In this document: piece by piece, positions 50,501 through 62,372 of the stretch | Layout of the letters: every line of letters begins with the position of its first letter | How positions within the stretch are numbered: position 1 is the first letter of the stretch | NCBI GenBank assembly: GCA_047495785.1 | Contig: JBLDXI010000032.1 | Span: 3,162,001-3,226,000 of the forward strand | Direction: 5' to 3' | Length of the DNA stretch: 64,000 nucleotides | From: Lepidodermella squamata | Lineage: Eukaryota; Animalia; Gastrotricha | Translations under genes and position numbers: made by a program | Notes under the pieces: model-generated | What the model was told of the DNA's origin: nothing | The model's input: only the letters and a program-made list of their open reading frames with translations | The model's database searches: none

Positions 50501-52588
50501 TGGCGATAAATGTTTGGTTGGAAGGTCAAGATCACATTGGAACGGCTTTATTTGGCGCTAAGTTTTTGAACCAGATGGCAAAGGATGCGGAAGACGATAA
50601 ACTCATCGATGTAGCTGAGAGATACAATTCTGCATCGAAGTAATCATAATTCATTTATAAATAATCGTCCGCGAACTAGTTAGAAATGGTGCGCTAATTA
50701 CTAATGAAAATTCAATTTTTTTCAATTTCAATTTTTTTCAATTTCACTAATGAAATTTCCCATTAAACGTTTTGTTACGAATTTTGGCTCGAATTTGATG
50801 CCAACCAATTACTTTCAGTAAGAGTAATTCATTGCTATGATTTTTAAATTTACTGGAAATTTGGAATATTTCCTTTTATTTACTTATCTCGCTTCATTGA
50901 GAGGAATTGTTTGTTATCAAAATCGAGACAAAATTCGTAAAACTTGCATTTCATTTCATTGAAGAAACTCTGAAACAAATGAATTTTTTATGCTCAGGGA
51001 GTGGTTGGATCGGGCTAATCAGGTCTTGTCGATTTGCTACGAAGAAAATCCGCGTAGAACTGCGCGTCTGTTGACTCGAGGCTTGGCTACGTGGCAGGAT
51101 TATAACGTACTGGAAATCGCGTTCTACGCCAAGCAGGAAGAGTTTCTAGGACAACCGGCTGTTCAAACTAAACTGAATGAGTTGTGGAATTCGCCCACCG
51201 TCACGCCAGCCAAGGGCTCCTCTTGCTGCAGGAAATTATTGGGATTTTTCACTACACCAAAATTCAAATGCTGGCTGGATATGGTAAGTTATGGATTTTT
51301 TAGTTGAAATTCTCCTTAATTCTGATGTATAGTTCGTAAAGCTGGTTACGCTGTTGGCTTTCTCTTTTTTCACCGTCATTGGCCATGAGGAGGATTTGGA
51401 AAGTTTCACATCAGGTCGATTTTGGCTCGAATTCTACATTTGGTTCTGGGCAGTGGTAACAATGGGTGAAAAAATACGAGAGGTATTTAAACACTCCATT
51501 TTATCAATAATTTAAATTCGCGATGTCGTAGAGCTTTTTCGAAGGCTTGCTCAACCGCTGGAAAGAAAAGTTTCACCATTTTGTGACGCAGCCCTGGAAC
51601 TGGGTCGATTTTATCGGTTTGACCTTACTTGTGAGCTCACGCGTGTCACGTTCGGAGTACTTCATTTCTCACTTCGGCGATCACTCAAGGTCATTCTACA
51701 GCCTTGCGTGTCTCTGTTATTGGGCTAAAGCTTTCCGAATCCTTCACGTGGTCGAACAACTGGGATCTAAGGTCATAACATTGGGGCGAATGGTAGGCTC
51801 CGTTCACAACGAAAATCAGAATTATCTTACGATTTTCCTGTTATAGATTTGGGATTTTCTCTTTTTCCTCGCAATTTACGTCATCGTTCTGATTTCATTC
51901 TCCGTGCCAATCTACGTCATTATGTACCCTAACCATCGGGGCGGGAGTTCAATCGGCGAGGTTTTGTCAATTCCTTACTCGCGGTGGTGGACTATAACTG
52001 GGATATCACTCGACGACACTCGCGATGAAATCGAAGGCTCTTGCTCAACTCCGCATCGCTCTTTCGGTTTCGGCTACTCTAATGATACAGACCGCGAAGG
52101 AAGCAGTCACAAGGTGTGCCCTGAGAGGAATTGGATCGCGATAGGCCTACTTGCAACTTATCTCGTTGTGACCAACATCATGCTGCTCAACATGTTGATA
52201 GCAATGTAAGTAATTATTAATGTTTGTATTTTTGTTCCACATTTGATTATATAAATGCTTGAGCTTCAGGTTGACTCATACTGCTGAAACCGTCCGGGAT
52301 CAATCGCTGAAAATGTGGCGTTATCGGTTCTATCAACTGACAAATGAGTTTTATCACAAGGCCATTCTCCCGCCTCCTTTTTCGATTTTTGAATGGTTAA
52401 TTTGCTGCTGTTACACTTACCCGCACAGCTCGACAAGAATAAGTAAGAATTTATTCCCGATTCGAATTCTTATCTTGTACGAGTTGCATATAGAAACAAT
52501 TTACAACTTCAACGATTTGGAATATCTGCGTTTATCCTGCTTTGAACGGAATGCAGCTGTGAAGGTTGTCAAAAATCGAGGACTTTAA
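44587..52588 (+). CDS. Divergent TRPM-like channel, copy 6 (recent duplicate of copy 5; introns enlarged by transposons)
   Basis: Exon-by-exon colinear with copy 5. Large introns at ~44993-47487 and ~48741-49971. Ends ...CFERNAAVKVVKNRGL-stop. Confidence 0.86.
45073..46251. mobile_element. TA-flanked Tc2/pogo-like MITE hosting a nested mariner-type element (TRPM copy 6 intron 1)
   Basis: Left TA|CCTTAGTTACCGAAATATAAGCCC versus reverse complement of the right end TA|CCGTAGTTACAGAAATACTAACCC; subterminal TAGAAGCCT repeats. Confidence 0.6.
45455..46218 (+). mobile_element. Internally deleted Tc1/mariner (rosa/maT-like) transposon
   Basis: ~105-bp TIRs starting CAGTGTGTCCAAAAA with TA TSD. Residual transposase: N-terminus MWPPTVKARIVELYF fused to C-terminus WPPNSPDLNPLDYWLWGHLK...GGHFE. 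Confidence 0.92.
46452..46530 (+). other. tRNA-derived Pol III promoter head (SINE-like/pseudo-tRNA) within AAGGCGCCTT/AAGACGTCTT palindromic repeats
   Basis: Box A TGGCGTAGTGG (46459-46469) and box B GGTTCGAACCC (46512-46522); no complete cloverleaf. Confidence 0.6.
48856..49402. mobile_element. MITE with imperfect TIRs and internal TTTTACCG repeats (TRPM copy 6 intron)
   Basis: GCGTTTCGGTATAA-CTCTCTATTTGACGGTAA matches the reverse complement of TTACCGTCAAATGGAGAG...TTATACCCAAACGC with one indel. Confidence 0.65.
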
Positions 52589-53995
52589 GACTTTGGAGCG
52601 CCTGAAAAATCAAAACGACTGTCTTTATCTCTATTGTTAATAAATTAATTCTACAGTTTACGATAAATCATGTCGTCTCATGGAGGAAATTGCTCTGAAT
52701 TTTCTAGTTTTATTCTTGAATCCTGAAATGTCATTTATGACAAAAATGTATGTGCTACAGAAGCGGGAGTAACTTCGGATACACTTTCGGCGTTGGGTAT
52801 ATTTTGCTTACAGACGATGATTTTGAACGAAATTTGGCATGGTCATTCTTTATTTTCAAAAATGTTTTAAAAAATTAGAACCAAGGTTCGATAAAACTTA
52901 TAATGAGAGAATGCCCTATGCAAGTGAAAGTCCAAAATTACCTGATAACTGTCCAACCATATGCAAAAATATGTTAGAAAATGTTCATAAATAATTAGGA
53001 ATAATTTTAAAAGGAATTATACCCCGCGTTATTGATACCTGTGTTGACAATTGACAACTAACTAACTTTCTTATCAGCATACTTTTCAATTTCTAAGTTT
53101 CAATGCCGCCTTTTGAAGCCACCGAAGCGATGTACTTTAGTTAACCTGGAATTAATTTCGGTCAGTTAAGAATAGATTTACACATAATTAGGCGTGGCAG
53201 ATGATGGACCCTGAACGCATCCTAAAACTAGTTTACTTAAGCTTCAATGCATAAACGAGAGTGACTGGAGGATCCCATCAAGGGCGTGAAATAGATTATC
53301 TGGAATTCGATTAAACCTTGAACAACGCTCAACTTATCGACCTGTTGTCCAACCTATTTTTCACCGTTAATCATTTACTTTGTTACGCGAAAAAATTGAT
53401 TCTTCACGAGGTCAGCCAGTTATAGCGCGACAGATATAGACCGAAACTAAATAATAAGAATTAACACAATTTTTCCTTGTGGATGGGTTTTAGTATAGAA
53501 AATGACATATGCGCCTACTTTTTCTAAATTCTCATGGAAAATGACGCAAAATAAAGAGAAAGGAATGTCAAGAGTATATACGTTATTGCTAGCAAACGTG
53601 TTTACCATCGTCATTTAAATGTTCTACATCGTTAACGATAGGATGACGCTACGTGTCAAATTAAATTGATTAGTGCCTCATCAAATCAACACCTACAAGA
53701 ATAATATCATATAATGGCGCGAAACAAGCGGCGGTTTCACGTCGGAAGACGTCTAGCTAATTGACATGTACTATATTTTTGTTAGGATTGACCTATCAAT
53801 TGGCTCGTCGCACTCTCCGCAGGGTGATCAATAGCATAATTAAAGTCAGACTGTACGAGCGCAGAAATTTCACGAAACTTCAAATAAAACTCGGTCACCC
53901 AGTTTTTTGGGGAGAAATCGACAAAAACAACTCTATTTAAGGCAACAACAGATCGGAGTTGAAATTCATTCCACACTCATCATATTAAACACACC

Positions 53996-55690
53996 ATGAA
54001 CTCGAGCCTTTTATACTTGGTGATGGTCTTCTTAGTATCGGCAAAGGTATACGGCCTTGAGTTGCCATCTGATTTTAAAGCTGGTACAATAATAACGAGC
54101 GCCTCGACGGATCAGGCCTTCCGAGTCGCGATCAACACCACCATATTTCGGCAATTCGTCGCAATGGCCAACTACTCACCGCCTCGTTTCAACCTCGTCT
54201 CAGTGCGACCTGTTTTGTCATCCGGGCGAATTTATTACTACGCGAAATTGAGAATCGGAGAGACGGAACATGCTCACCTGAAGCTGATTAAACCCCTCCC
54301 CGGACAGCCATCGGATGCTTATCAGCTTGTCGAATTTCAAAGGGGAAAAACAGCTAGCGAGCCGCTGATCACAGTCGCACCCCCGCCCTCGTCGACAACT
54401 TCAGCTCCTAGTATCATCAACGCTTCGACCTCAAAATCGAGCGAAATTCTGCTGATGAATGAAATAAACTCGACAATACGAGATGCGTTTGAAAGGTCGA
54501 TTTCGAGGAAGCCATCTCGATTCAGCGTAGCCGCTTCTGCCTGCCAAACGTCATCGCTACTTTGCGTTGTCAAGGTCCAGATAAACGAAACTGAATACGC
54601 CCACCTTAAAATCGTACGATCAGCAACCAAGTCCGGGCCATACCGGTTAATAGGGTTCGACCTCGGCCGAATGCTCAATGATTCTTTGGATACTTTCGAT
54701 ACGAATTTGCCAACGAATCGATCGAGTTTCACGCGTGTAGCTGGGCCGAAAAATTTGTACGACGAATGGGCTGAACTTAATACGACACTAAGTCGGCAAT
54801 TTTTCTGGAAAAGCGGGCGTAATCCTAAATTTTTTGAACTGATCACTTATTTCGGGAATGAGGGGATGAACGGTACGATTTATTTCATGAAAGTTAAAAT
54901 CAATCCAGGCGAGTATGTTCACATCAGTGTTTGGAAACCAGCCAACAACGCGCCGCCTGTTTTGGTGGCGTACGTGGGCGGGAAAACTGTGAATGACACG
55001 CTTGAGTACTTCACAACCGGGGACGGTCCTATTTTTAATTCGGAGATGGAACCAACCGACGAGGGATGGGGAAGACCTCGCGAGGCTGATAAAGTCATTC
55101 AACTCATCGTTCAGGCAGTATCGTTCGAATTCACTGAGCAAACAACTTTGATACCCGAACGATTTAGCCCGGTTTCTTACCGCAAATTTGTAGCTCAGGG
55201 CTATTCAACGTATGTTGTCAAAGTTTCTCTGGATACACGACAGCATGATTACGCGCATCTGTTAATATATAAGGGCTGGACTCGGCTGAATCCGAGTCGC
55301 TCTTCGCCGTTGTTAATTGGCTTCGAATTGGGCAAATCACGCGACGATGCGCTTGATCTAATTGAGCCAACTCCGCCTCACATCGGCGAGAGGCTGGCTA
55401 ATTTTCGCGAACAGCCGCTGTCTGCACCCCACATCGCAACGGACGACACGCAGTTGATGGTGGATGCGGTTTTGGCTGATTACCTACGCCAGTCGTCCTC
55501 CCACATAGCCGCTATGTTTGTCGCGTTTAGCGAGTCAGTACAACTGAATAATCCTTCGATTCATTTCATCAAAGTTCAAGTGACTAGCGAGAGTTTCGTC
55601 CATCTTAAAATTGTTCAACTCGACGGCGATGTTAAATTGCTGGCTTTTCAAAGTGAGAAGTCATTTTTCGATAATATTGAATATTTTTGA
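53996..55690 (+). CDS. Secreted multi-domain stefin (type 1 cystatin)-like protein, 5 domains, intronless
   Basis: Signal peptide plus five repeats of the stefin pattern (Y/F)xxKVxxxxxxYxHLxI...L.x(F/Y)xxGK.xxD.L.YF; the QxVxG loop is degenerate in all five. Confidence 0.8.
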   Translation: MNSSLLYLVMVFLVSAKVYGLELPSDFKAGTIITSASTDQAFRVAINTTIFRQFVAMANYSPPRFNLVSVRPVLSSGRIYYYAKLRIGETEHAHLKLIKPLPGQPSDAYQLVEFQRGKTASEPLITVAPPPSSTTSAPSIINASTSKSSEILLMNEINSTIRDAFERSISRKPSRFSVAASACQTSSLLCVVKVQINETEYAHLKIVRSATKSGPYRLIGFDLGRMLNDSLDTFDTNLPTNRSSFTRVAGPKNLYDEWAELNTTLSRQFFWKSGRNPKFFELITYFGNEGMNGTIYFMKVKINPGEYVHISVWKPANNAPPVLVAYVGGKTVNDTLEYFTTGDGPIFNSEMEPTDEGWGRPREADKVIQLIVQAVSFEFTEQTTLIPERFSPVSYRKFVAQGYSTYVVKVSLDTRQHDYAHLLIYKGWTRLNPSRSSPLLIGFELGKSRDDALDLIEPTPPHIGERLANFREQPLSAPHIATDDTQLMVDAVLADYLRQSSSHIAAMFVAFSESVQLNNPSIHFIKVQVTSESFVHLKIVQLDGDVKLLAFQSEKSFFDNIEYF

Positions 55691-56929
55691 GCTAATTTTG
55701 CACACCCTCTCTTTTTTATTACTGTTTTTCCAACTCTCGAGTGAAATTTAAATAAAAACAACGCACGCTATTCTAATTTTTTTCAAACCCCGCATTTCAG
55801 CTATAATTAGATCATGCGAAAATGTCGGTGATCAGGACATAGCGCGCCTTGAACATTGAGAACATATAGGTGGAATTGATTTCGCCCCAGTTTCCATCTC
55901 GTCTCGAAATTGACTGTCCTTGTTTACCTTGAAACTGATTTTTTCCTGATACCTTCCTGGGAATGACGCGCGGAAACCGTAATCTTGGTCGACGCGGTGA
56001 CAGGCGTGGCAGGTTATAATTAGATGAAAAGTGCGCGAAGTATAACTGGTTTAAAACATCGTTATCGGACTGAGAGCCTGGACGGTTGAACAACAATGCA
56101 GAAATCGAACACCGCAATGAAAATGTGTCCATATTTTTCACCTGTCGGACTACTTTTGCCGATTAAATTCGGGGAATCTGCTCGCACAGGCGGATTCATC
56201 TGCAGACATTTTTGATGAAAATTAATCTTGATTTGGAGTCAGCAATTGTCCAGGAAGAGAGGAAAAGTCTTAAATGCCCAATTCCAGTTTCCAGGTTATC
56301 GAGCCGATAAGAATATTTTGGTAGAACATAGCCGTTCTCGTTTTTTGATCGATACTGATCCCCTCGCTGATTTGTAGAATCGATACTTGGAATCGATATC
56401 GGCTCTGTAGGCTCAAGTATTACTTATAAAATGACCTCTCATAGCGCAAAATACGCGTAATATGAATATCTATCAGTTAGCCATGATAACACAAAATTTG
56501 AGATTCTATTGAAGACATGCGAGGTCATTTTAGGGGAGATCTAGTGCTGGAGTCTCAAATTTAGTGTTTGAACCTAAATTTAGGATGCGCACTTGGCACA
56601 TCCATTATCAATTTTTCCTTAATTTTGAACCTTAAGCCTTGATTTTCAACGGAATCTGTTGCGGTGCTATTAAGCTAAGGTGGATGGCAATCTACTGTCA
56701 ACGGTATTTTTATTTTTCCTGTCGTTTCCGATTTTTCTGCGAATTTCCGAGAAAGTCAAGTTGGAGTGAAAACAAAAAGACTGAGCTAAAAACTAAAAAC
56801 CACCTTTTATTCATAGCGAAAATAGCGTTTATTTCTTTCAGTTAAACTTTGAAAATCATCAAACAAAACAGGTAAAAAAGCGTGATCAGATTGATCATAT
56901 ATATTAGCGATGAACTTTACAAACGTTAT

Positions 56930-58260
56930 TTACACCTCGATTTCAAGATCGAGACGGCGCTTAGGCAAAAGCCCGCCGAGGCGGTTGCGAAGACCGAGTT
57001 TGCCGGTAGTCGAGGCGGTACGCTTGCTCGGCGGGGTCGCGTCGACACAGGAAGAAGCGGTTGACGACGAAGTTCGGTCGTTATCGACAGCTCGACGCCA
57101 GTTGCGTTCTTGAGCGTGAAAAGCAGCGTCACGCATGGTTACGTAATAGCTGCGGCGCGATTCGATCGTCATCGGCGTCGACAGCAAATCGAAGCGGTCG
57201 TTAGCTTCGCAGTACTCGATGAACGCCTTGTAGCCACCCTCGAGCAGGTAAACCTCAGGGTAGTCCAGCCGTGGGTAGTTGGCCTTGTTGCGATCACGAT
57301 CGGCCTTGCGGAAGCGACGCAGCATCGCCGGGCCGCGCTGGCTGCTGAACTCGCAGTGGAAGATGAGAACGCGCCGCTGGTTCTGACCAGGCTCGCCGGT
57401 GATCGGGAACACGGTTTCGACCTGGGGCAGAAGCGGGGTGTTGACGGCACCGTGAATGTGACCACCGTCGTACTCGAACGGGTAGCGGCAGTCGGCGATT
57501 TCGAACGTGTCGACAGAGCCGGCGTACTTGCCATCGAGCAGGTTAACAAGAACTTGCGGCTTGATGGCGACCAAGCTTTTCTCGGGCGAGCACAGTAGAA
57601 GAGTCTGAGAAACAGAAAAATCGTTAAAAAATCGCATAAAATAATAATTTCTTTCGTGGATTTGAAATTTGTCGAGGAAATTAATGCTAACCTGGTGTTT
57701 AGGCTCTTCGAACTGGTCTTGCGAAATCGAATTTTCGAGCGATAGATTCGCCATCGAACCGAGCAGAGCCGCGTTCGAAATGATCTACAACAAGGCGTTC
57801 GATTGCAGCTAAATAAAAATTATTGTCGGACATTTCAAGTCACATTTTAGATTTTCGGATGAAATAAGACATTTGTCTGTTAAAAGACGACATATGTCTG
57901 ATGGAAAAAATCACACCCGCGCTTGGATGATATCATAGACATAATAAGATAGACTGCCTACACAGGAGAAAAAAAGCGGAACACCATGGGTCGCATGGGT
58001 ATATTCAGCTGAATCATGAAATTACGATGGGAAATTAGATAAACAGAGACGTCAATTTCTGCGATCGATTTGGTTAGATTAGAGCTGTTCTCTCAAGTTG
58101 GTCAAACGCATTTTAAAGCTTTTGAGCTTGCAAAAAATAGGATATCGACAAAAATGAAAGTGAAATTGAAGCGATTGCCGATGAATCTCACCGCGGCTGA
58201 GCTTTCCTTGAACTTGAGCCCAAGTTTGGCCTTCAACGATTTTTTACTGAATTTTAACAT
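56930..58260 (-). CDS. cdc25: Cdc25/string-type M-phase inducer phosphatase (3 exons, ~278 aa)
   Basis: IADCRYPFEYDGGHIHGAVN, LIFHCEFSSQRGP (HCx5R), YPRLDYPEVYLLEGGYKAF. Exons 58260-58192, 57784-57692, 57604-56930; the 5' exon is inferred. Confidence 0.92.
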
Positions 58261-58822
58261 TTCCGAAGTTTTTCGGTGGGAAATTTGACTGATGGGTTCA
58301 GATTCATGCGCACAAATGGCGTGTTTTTTGTGTTTGTTTTGCTAGCAGCATAAATTAATGGTGTTTTCCACCGAGAATCCTCGATACAAATTTGTAAAAT
58401 TCAGTAAAAAATTCAGTAAATCCTCGAACCTGAAAAATTGAAACGCATGTCACTCGTTCGAAGTTTAATGCTAAATATAGCTAGTGTGCCATAATTTCTT
58501 GAAGACCCTGTATAAGAAGAAGAGTAAGCTCGTCTTTGCATTGCAATGGGCTGAACATTGAATATTATTATATTCCGATGCGTATGAGGCCTTCAAATAA
58601 TTGGCCTAAATTTGGCAGTGCATTTATTTTTTTCAGTTTGAGTTAGAGGGGCATTTTTTACATTTTTCATTTTTTACAGAAGACTAACTACTGCCAAGCC
58701 AACACGTATAGTATTGAAATGATCATTACGATGCCGCTGTCCGCTGTGTCGATAGCTATAATACAAAGGGAAATTATTTTCATGGCTAGTTTCTGAAAAC
58801 GTAGCTCTTCGAAACAATTAAA

Positions 58823-61800
58823 ATGCACCTGGTTAGGTTTCTCGGCCTCTTAATCGGGCTTGCTTTGTTGACCGGCTTAACCAACACCAAATGGATACCG
58901 GTATACGTTTTAATCATGCATATTTGGAAACCTGTCTTAATACTATCTTTTCGCAGAGTGGAGATGGCGGTATTTGCCCTGATGGGAAGGTGATTGGGCG
59001 AAGGGACATCTGCGATGGTTACGCCGATTGTCAAGATGAGAGCGACGAAATGGACTGCATCTGTAAGACTGATGAGGTCCGCTGCAATAACACACGCTGT
59101 GTTCGAAATAGGTGAGACACCTTTCATCGTCTAATATTTACCGATTTTCTTACCGCTATCCAGCTATGTTTGTGACGGTTACAAGCAGTGCACCGATGGT
59201 AGCGACGAGTGGGATTGTCCTCCTTGTGCCGCTAAAGAATTTCGATGCGCCAGCACCAAATGCATCGACGAAAACCAGCGCTGCGATGGCAATTACGACT
59301 GCAGTGGGCTAGATGATGAGCTTAACTGCACATGTGAGTTATCGGAATTCTTTTGAACAATTCCAGCTACGGTGTTGCGTATAGCTTGCAGCTCAACTGG
59401 GTTCCACTGCAAGACCGACATGTGCATTACTACCGTTTTCCAATGTGACGGCGACGACGATTGCAAAGATGGCTCAGCTAGTGATGAAGATCCCACGATG
59501 TGCAAAGCCCACACTTGCCCGGAAGATCGGTTCCGTTGCAGTGACAATAAATGCATTATTAAAAACAGGGTCTGCAATGGTTTTGTCGATTGCGCGGACG
59601 ATGAACTGCAAAATTGCAAGTGCACGGCGGACCAATTTGAATGTAAGATTCAGCAGCAGTGCCTCGCCAGCCGCAGCTCACAATGTGACGGCGTAAAAGA
59701 TTGCTTCGATGGAAGCGATGAAATCAACTGCGAAACAGTAGGCTAGATTCTTTGATTGGCATTTGCATCCAAAGCTTCAACGTTTTACTAGTGCCCGATA
59801 TCCAGCTATTTCCGTTGCGAAAATGGGACCAAGTGCATACCCGACTTGTAAGGCTTTTTGAGAGCTCAAAGTCAGAGCCACCTCCAAAAGGATTATTGTT
59901 TTGTAGGAAATATTGCGATACGGTCGCAGACTGCGATGATGGAAGTGACGAGCGTTGTACAGACTGCGCCGCTTTCTCCAAATTCAAGTGCGCTAATTCT
60001 TCAAAATGTATCTCCACGAGGTTTGATTGATCCGGATGCCAATCTGTTAATCAAAGTTATATATTTTAATTAGTTTCCGTTGTGATGGTGATAAGGTAAA
60101 ATTATTCTGAGGTCTATCAAAACACTTGCAAGTGTTGTTTTCTAGGATTGTGGGCCGGACGATTTGTCTGACGAAATTAACTGTCCACCATGCCCAGAAT
60201 TCACTTGTGCCAGTGGAAAATGTGCGAAAAATTCTACAATTTGCAACGGCCAGAGGGATTGCTCAGACGGCAGTGATGAGGAAAATTGCCCAGGTTACTT
60301 ATCCGATATCGCAGCTACTTGTTAGCGAATTGAGGGAATTTACTTTTTTGTGTAGAATGCTACTTCGATGGATTTTTATGCGCAAACAAACGATGTATTC
60401 AATCTTCTTATCGGTAAAACTCTCTCGGCTTTTTTCATTCAGCTATGACGCATTTCTCGTGAAGATGCGATGGCGATAATGACTGCACTGATGGTTCGGA
60501 CGAGCTCGATTGCTTGAACTATCAGTGCGACAATTCCACGCGATTCCACTGTTCTGATGGATTATGTCTGCCCCAGACGCGACGCTGCGACGGTATAAAG
60601 CACTGTTCGGATGACGAAATCAACTGCCCTTGTCAGGGCTTCACTTGTGGCGATGGAACATGCCTTCTTGCCGGCAACCAGTGTGATGGAAGAAAGGATT
60701 GCAGGGACGGATCTGACGAAAATTGCGATGGCTCATCAGTAATCATTTGGCTGGTGAAAATAAACTAAAAAGCCCTCTTTAATTTTATCCTAGAAATGCC
60801 CTGCAGGTCGCCCATTTTTATGCAATGGCACAACTAACTGCATTCCAGCATCGTAGTTTTCGACAATTTTCCTTGTTGCCAGACCTTTATTTATCCGCTA
60901 CTCAGGTTTCTATGCGATGGTATGGCCGACTGCCCTACTGGAGACGATGAAGAAATCTGTGCCTCGTGTACTTCTCGTGTACCTCTCGTGGGAAATGATA
61001 ACAGAACGTGGAAATGTGGTAATTCCTCAAAATGCGTTAGGCTAAGTGACCGCTGCGATGGTTACAACGACTGCATAAACAATTACGATGAGCAAAACTG
61101 TTTGGGCTGGCCTTGTGCTGATGATAAATTCCAATGCAGCGACGGCATTTGTCTTCATCAGTTCAAAGTCTGCGATTCGACTAGAAACTGTGCGAACGAC
61201 GAGGTCAACTGCACGTGCAATAGTTTTCAGACAAGATGCCCTTCAGGAGATTGCGTTTTCTTGTCGGCGCTTTGTGATGGAGTGGTGGATTGCTATGACG
61301 GCTGGGACGAGTCGAACTGCACCATGGTAAATAAGACCAATCATTTGAAGACATGTCATTTTCATTTCGTTTATCATCTTAACCAGTGCCCGAATGCCGA
61401 TGATTATAAGTGTACCAATTCTACAAAATGCATAGCGGCAGTAAACGTCTGTGATAGAAAAGTCGACTGTCCGTTCGGCGATGATCAAAGCAACTGCGAT
61501 GCTTGCCCACCAGCCAGACCTTTCAAATGTGCAAATGCTAGCACTTGCCTTCCTGCTTAGTGAGTCCAATTTCTATTAATAGACGGCTCCTGTAAACCTT
61601 CTATTTTAATAGTTACGTCTGCGATGGAGATCAGGTAGGTATATTCGTGGAATCATAATGTGCGGTGATGAGGATATCGTATGAAATTTAGGATTGCGGA
61701 AGCGGAGACATGTCTGATGAAATATGCCCGCCGTGCTCAACTGATGAATTCCGATGCTCGACTGGCAGGTGCATTCCGAACTCGAAGAGATGCGATGGGT

Positions 61801-61922
61801 CGAGTGATTGCCGCAATGACGAAGCCGATTGCACGGCATGCGTTGGTACCGGCGTTTATTGCCCAGACAGTAGATCTTGCGTGTCGCCAGGAATACCTTG
61901 CCTGATTGTATCTATGCCATAA
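58823..61922 (+). CDS. Secreted LDLa repeat-only protein, paralog 2 (~19 repeats)
   Basis: Signal peptide [18 protein letters not shown]; ~19 LDLa modules counted across the spliced exons; ends [14 protein letters not shown]-stop with no TM segment. Confidence 0.9.
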
Positions 61923-62372
61923 ATACCTTACAGTTATTCATTTAACCTGACCCTTTATGTTAATATAAGGAATTGTTTCAGCGAAGTTGATATAATTGAG
62001 CTTAAATAGAATAAAAAAATGAGCCATCAAGTGTAACTTCGATCTGGTATTAAACATCATGCGATTAGAGTGATAGGCCGAAGGCAATAAAAGTGTGGCT
62101 TGAACAAATGCAACTTTCGATTCAACAAAAATTCACGAGTTTTTCGTTTCTCTTCTCACCTCACATTAAGTTGTATGGCAATAACTTGAGTTAAAGCTCA
62201 AAACTTGTTCATCATGACATGATGACTGTTTTAAATTTACGCACATGAGCAGCTACCACGCCACCACGTAGGCTGAACTGTTAATGGCCATCAAGGTGCC
62301 GATGTGCTTCAATAGAAAGTAAGAATATGCCCATCTTTAGTTTCAGAAAGATATTTTCTCAAAACAATTGAA

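Noticed and set aside
56882-57598. Plus-strand ORFs overlapping cdc25
   Set aside because: Stop-poor shadows of a high-GC3 coding exon.
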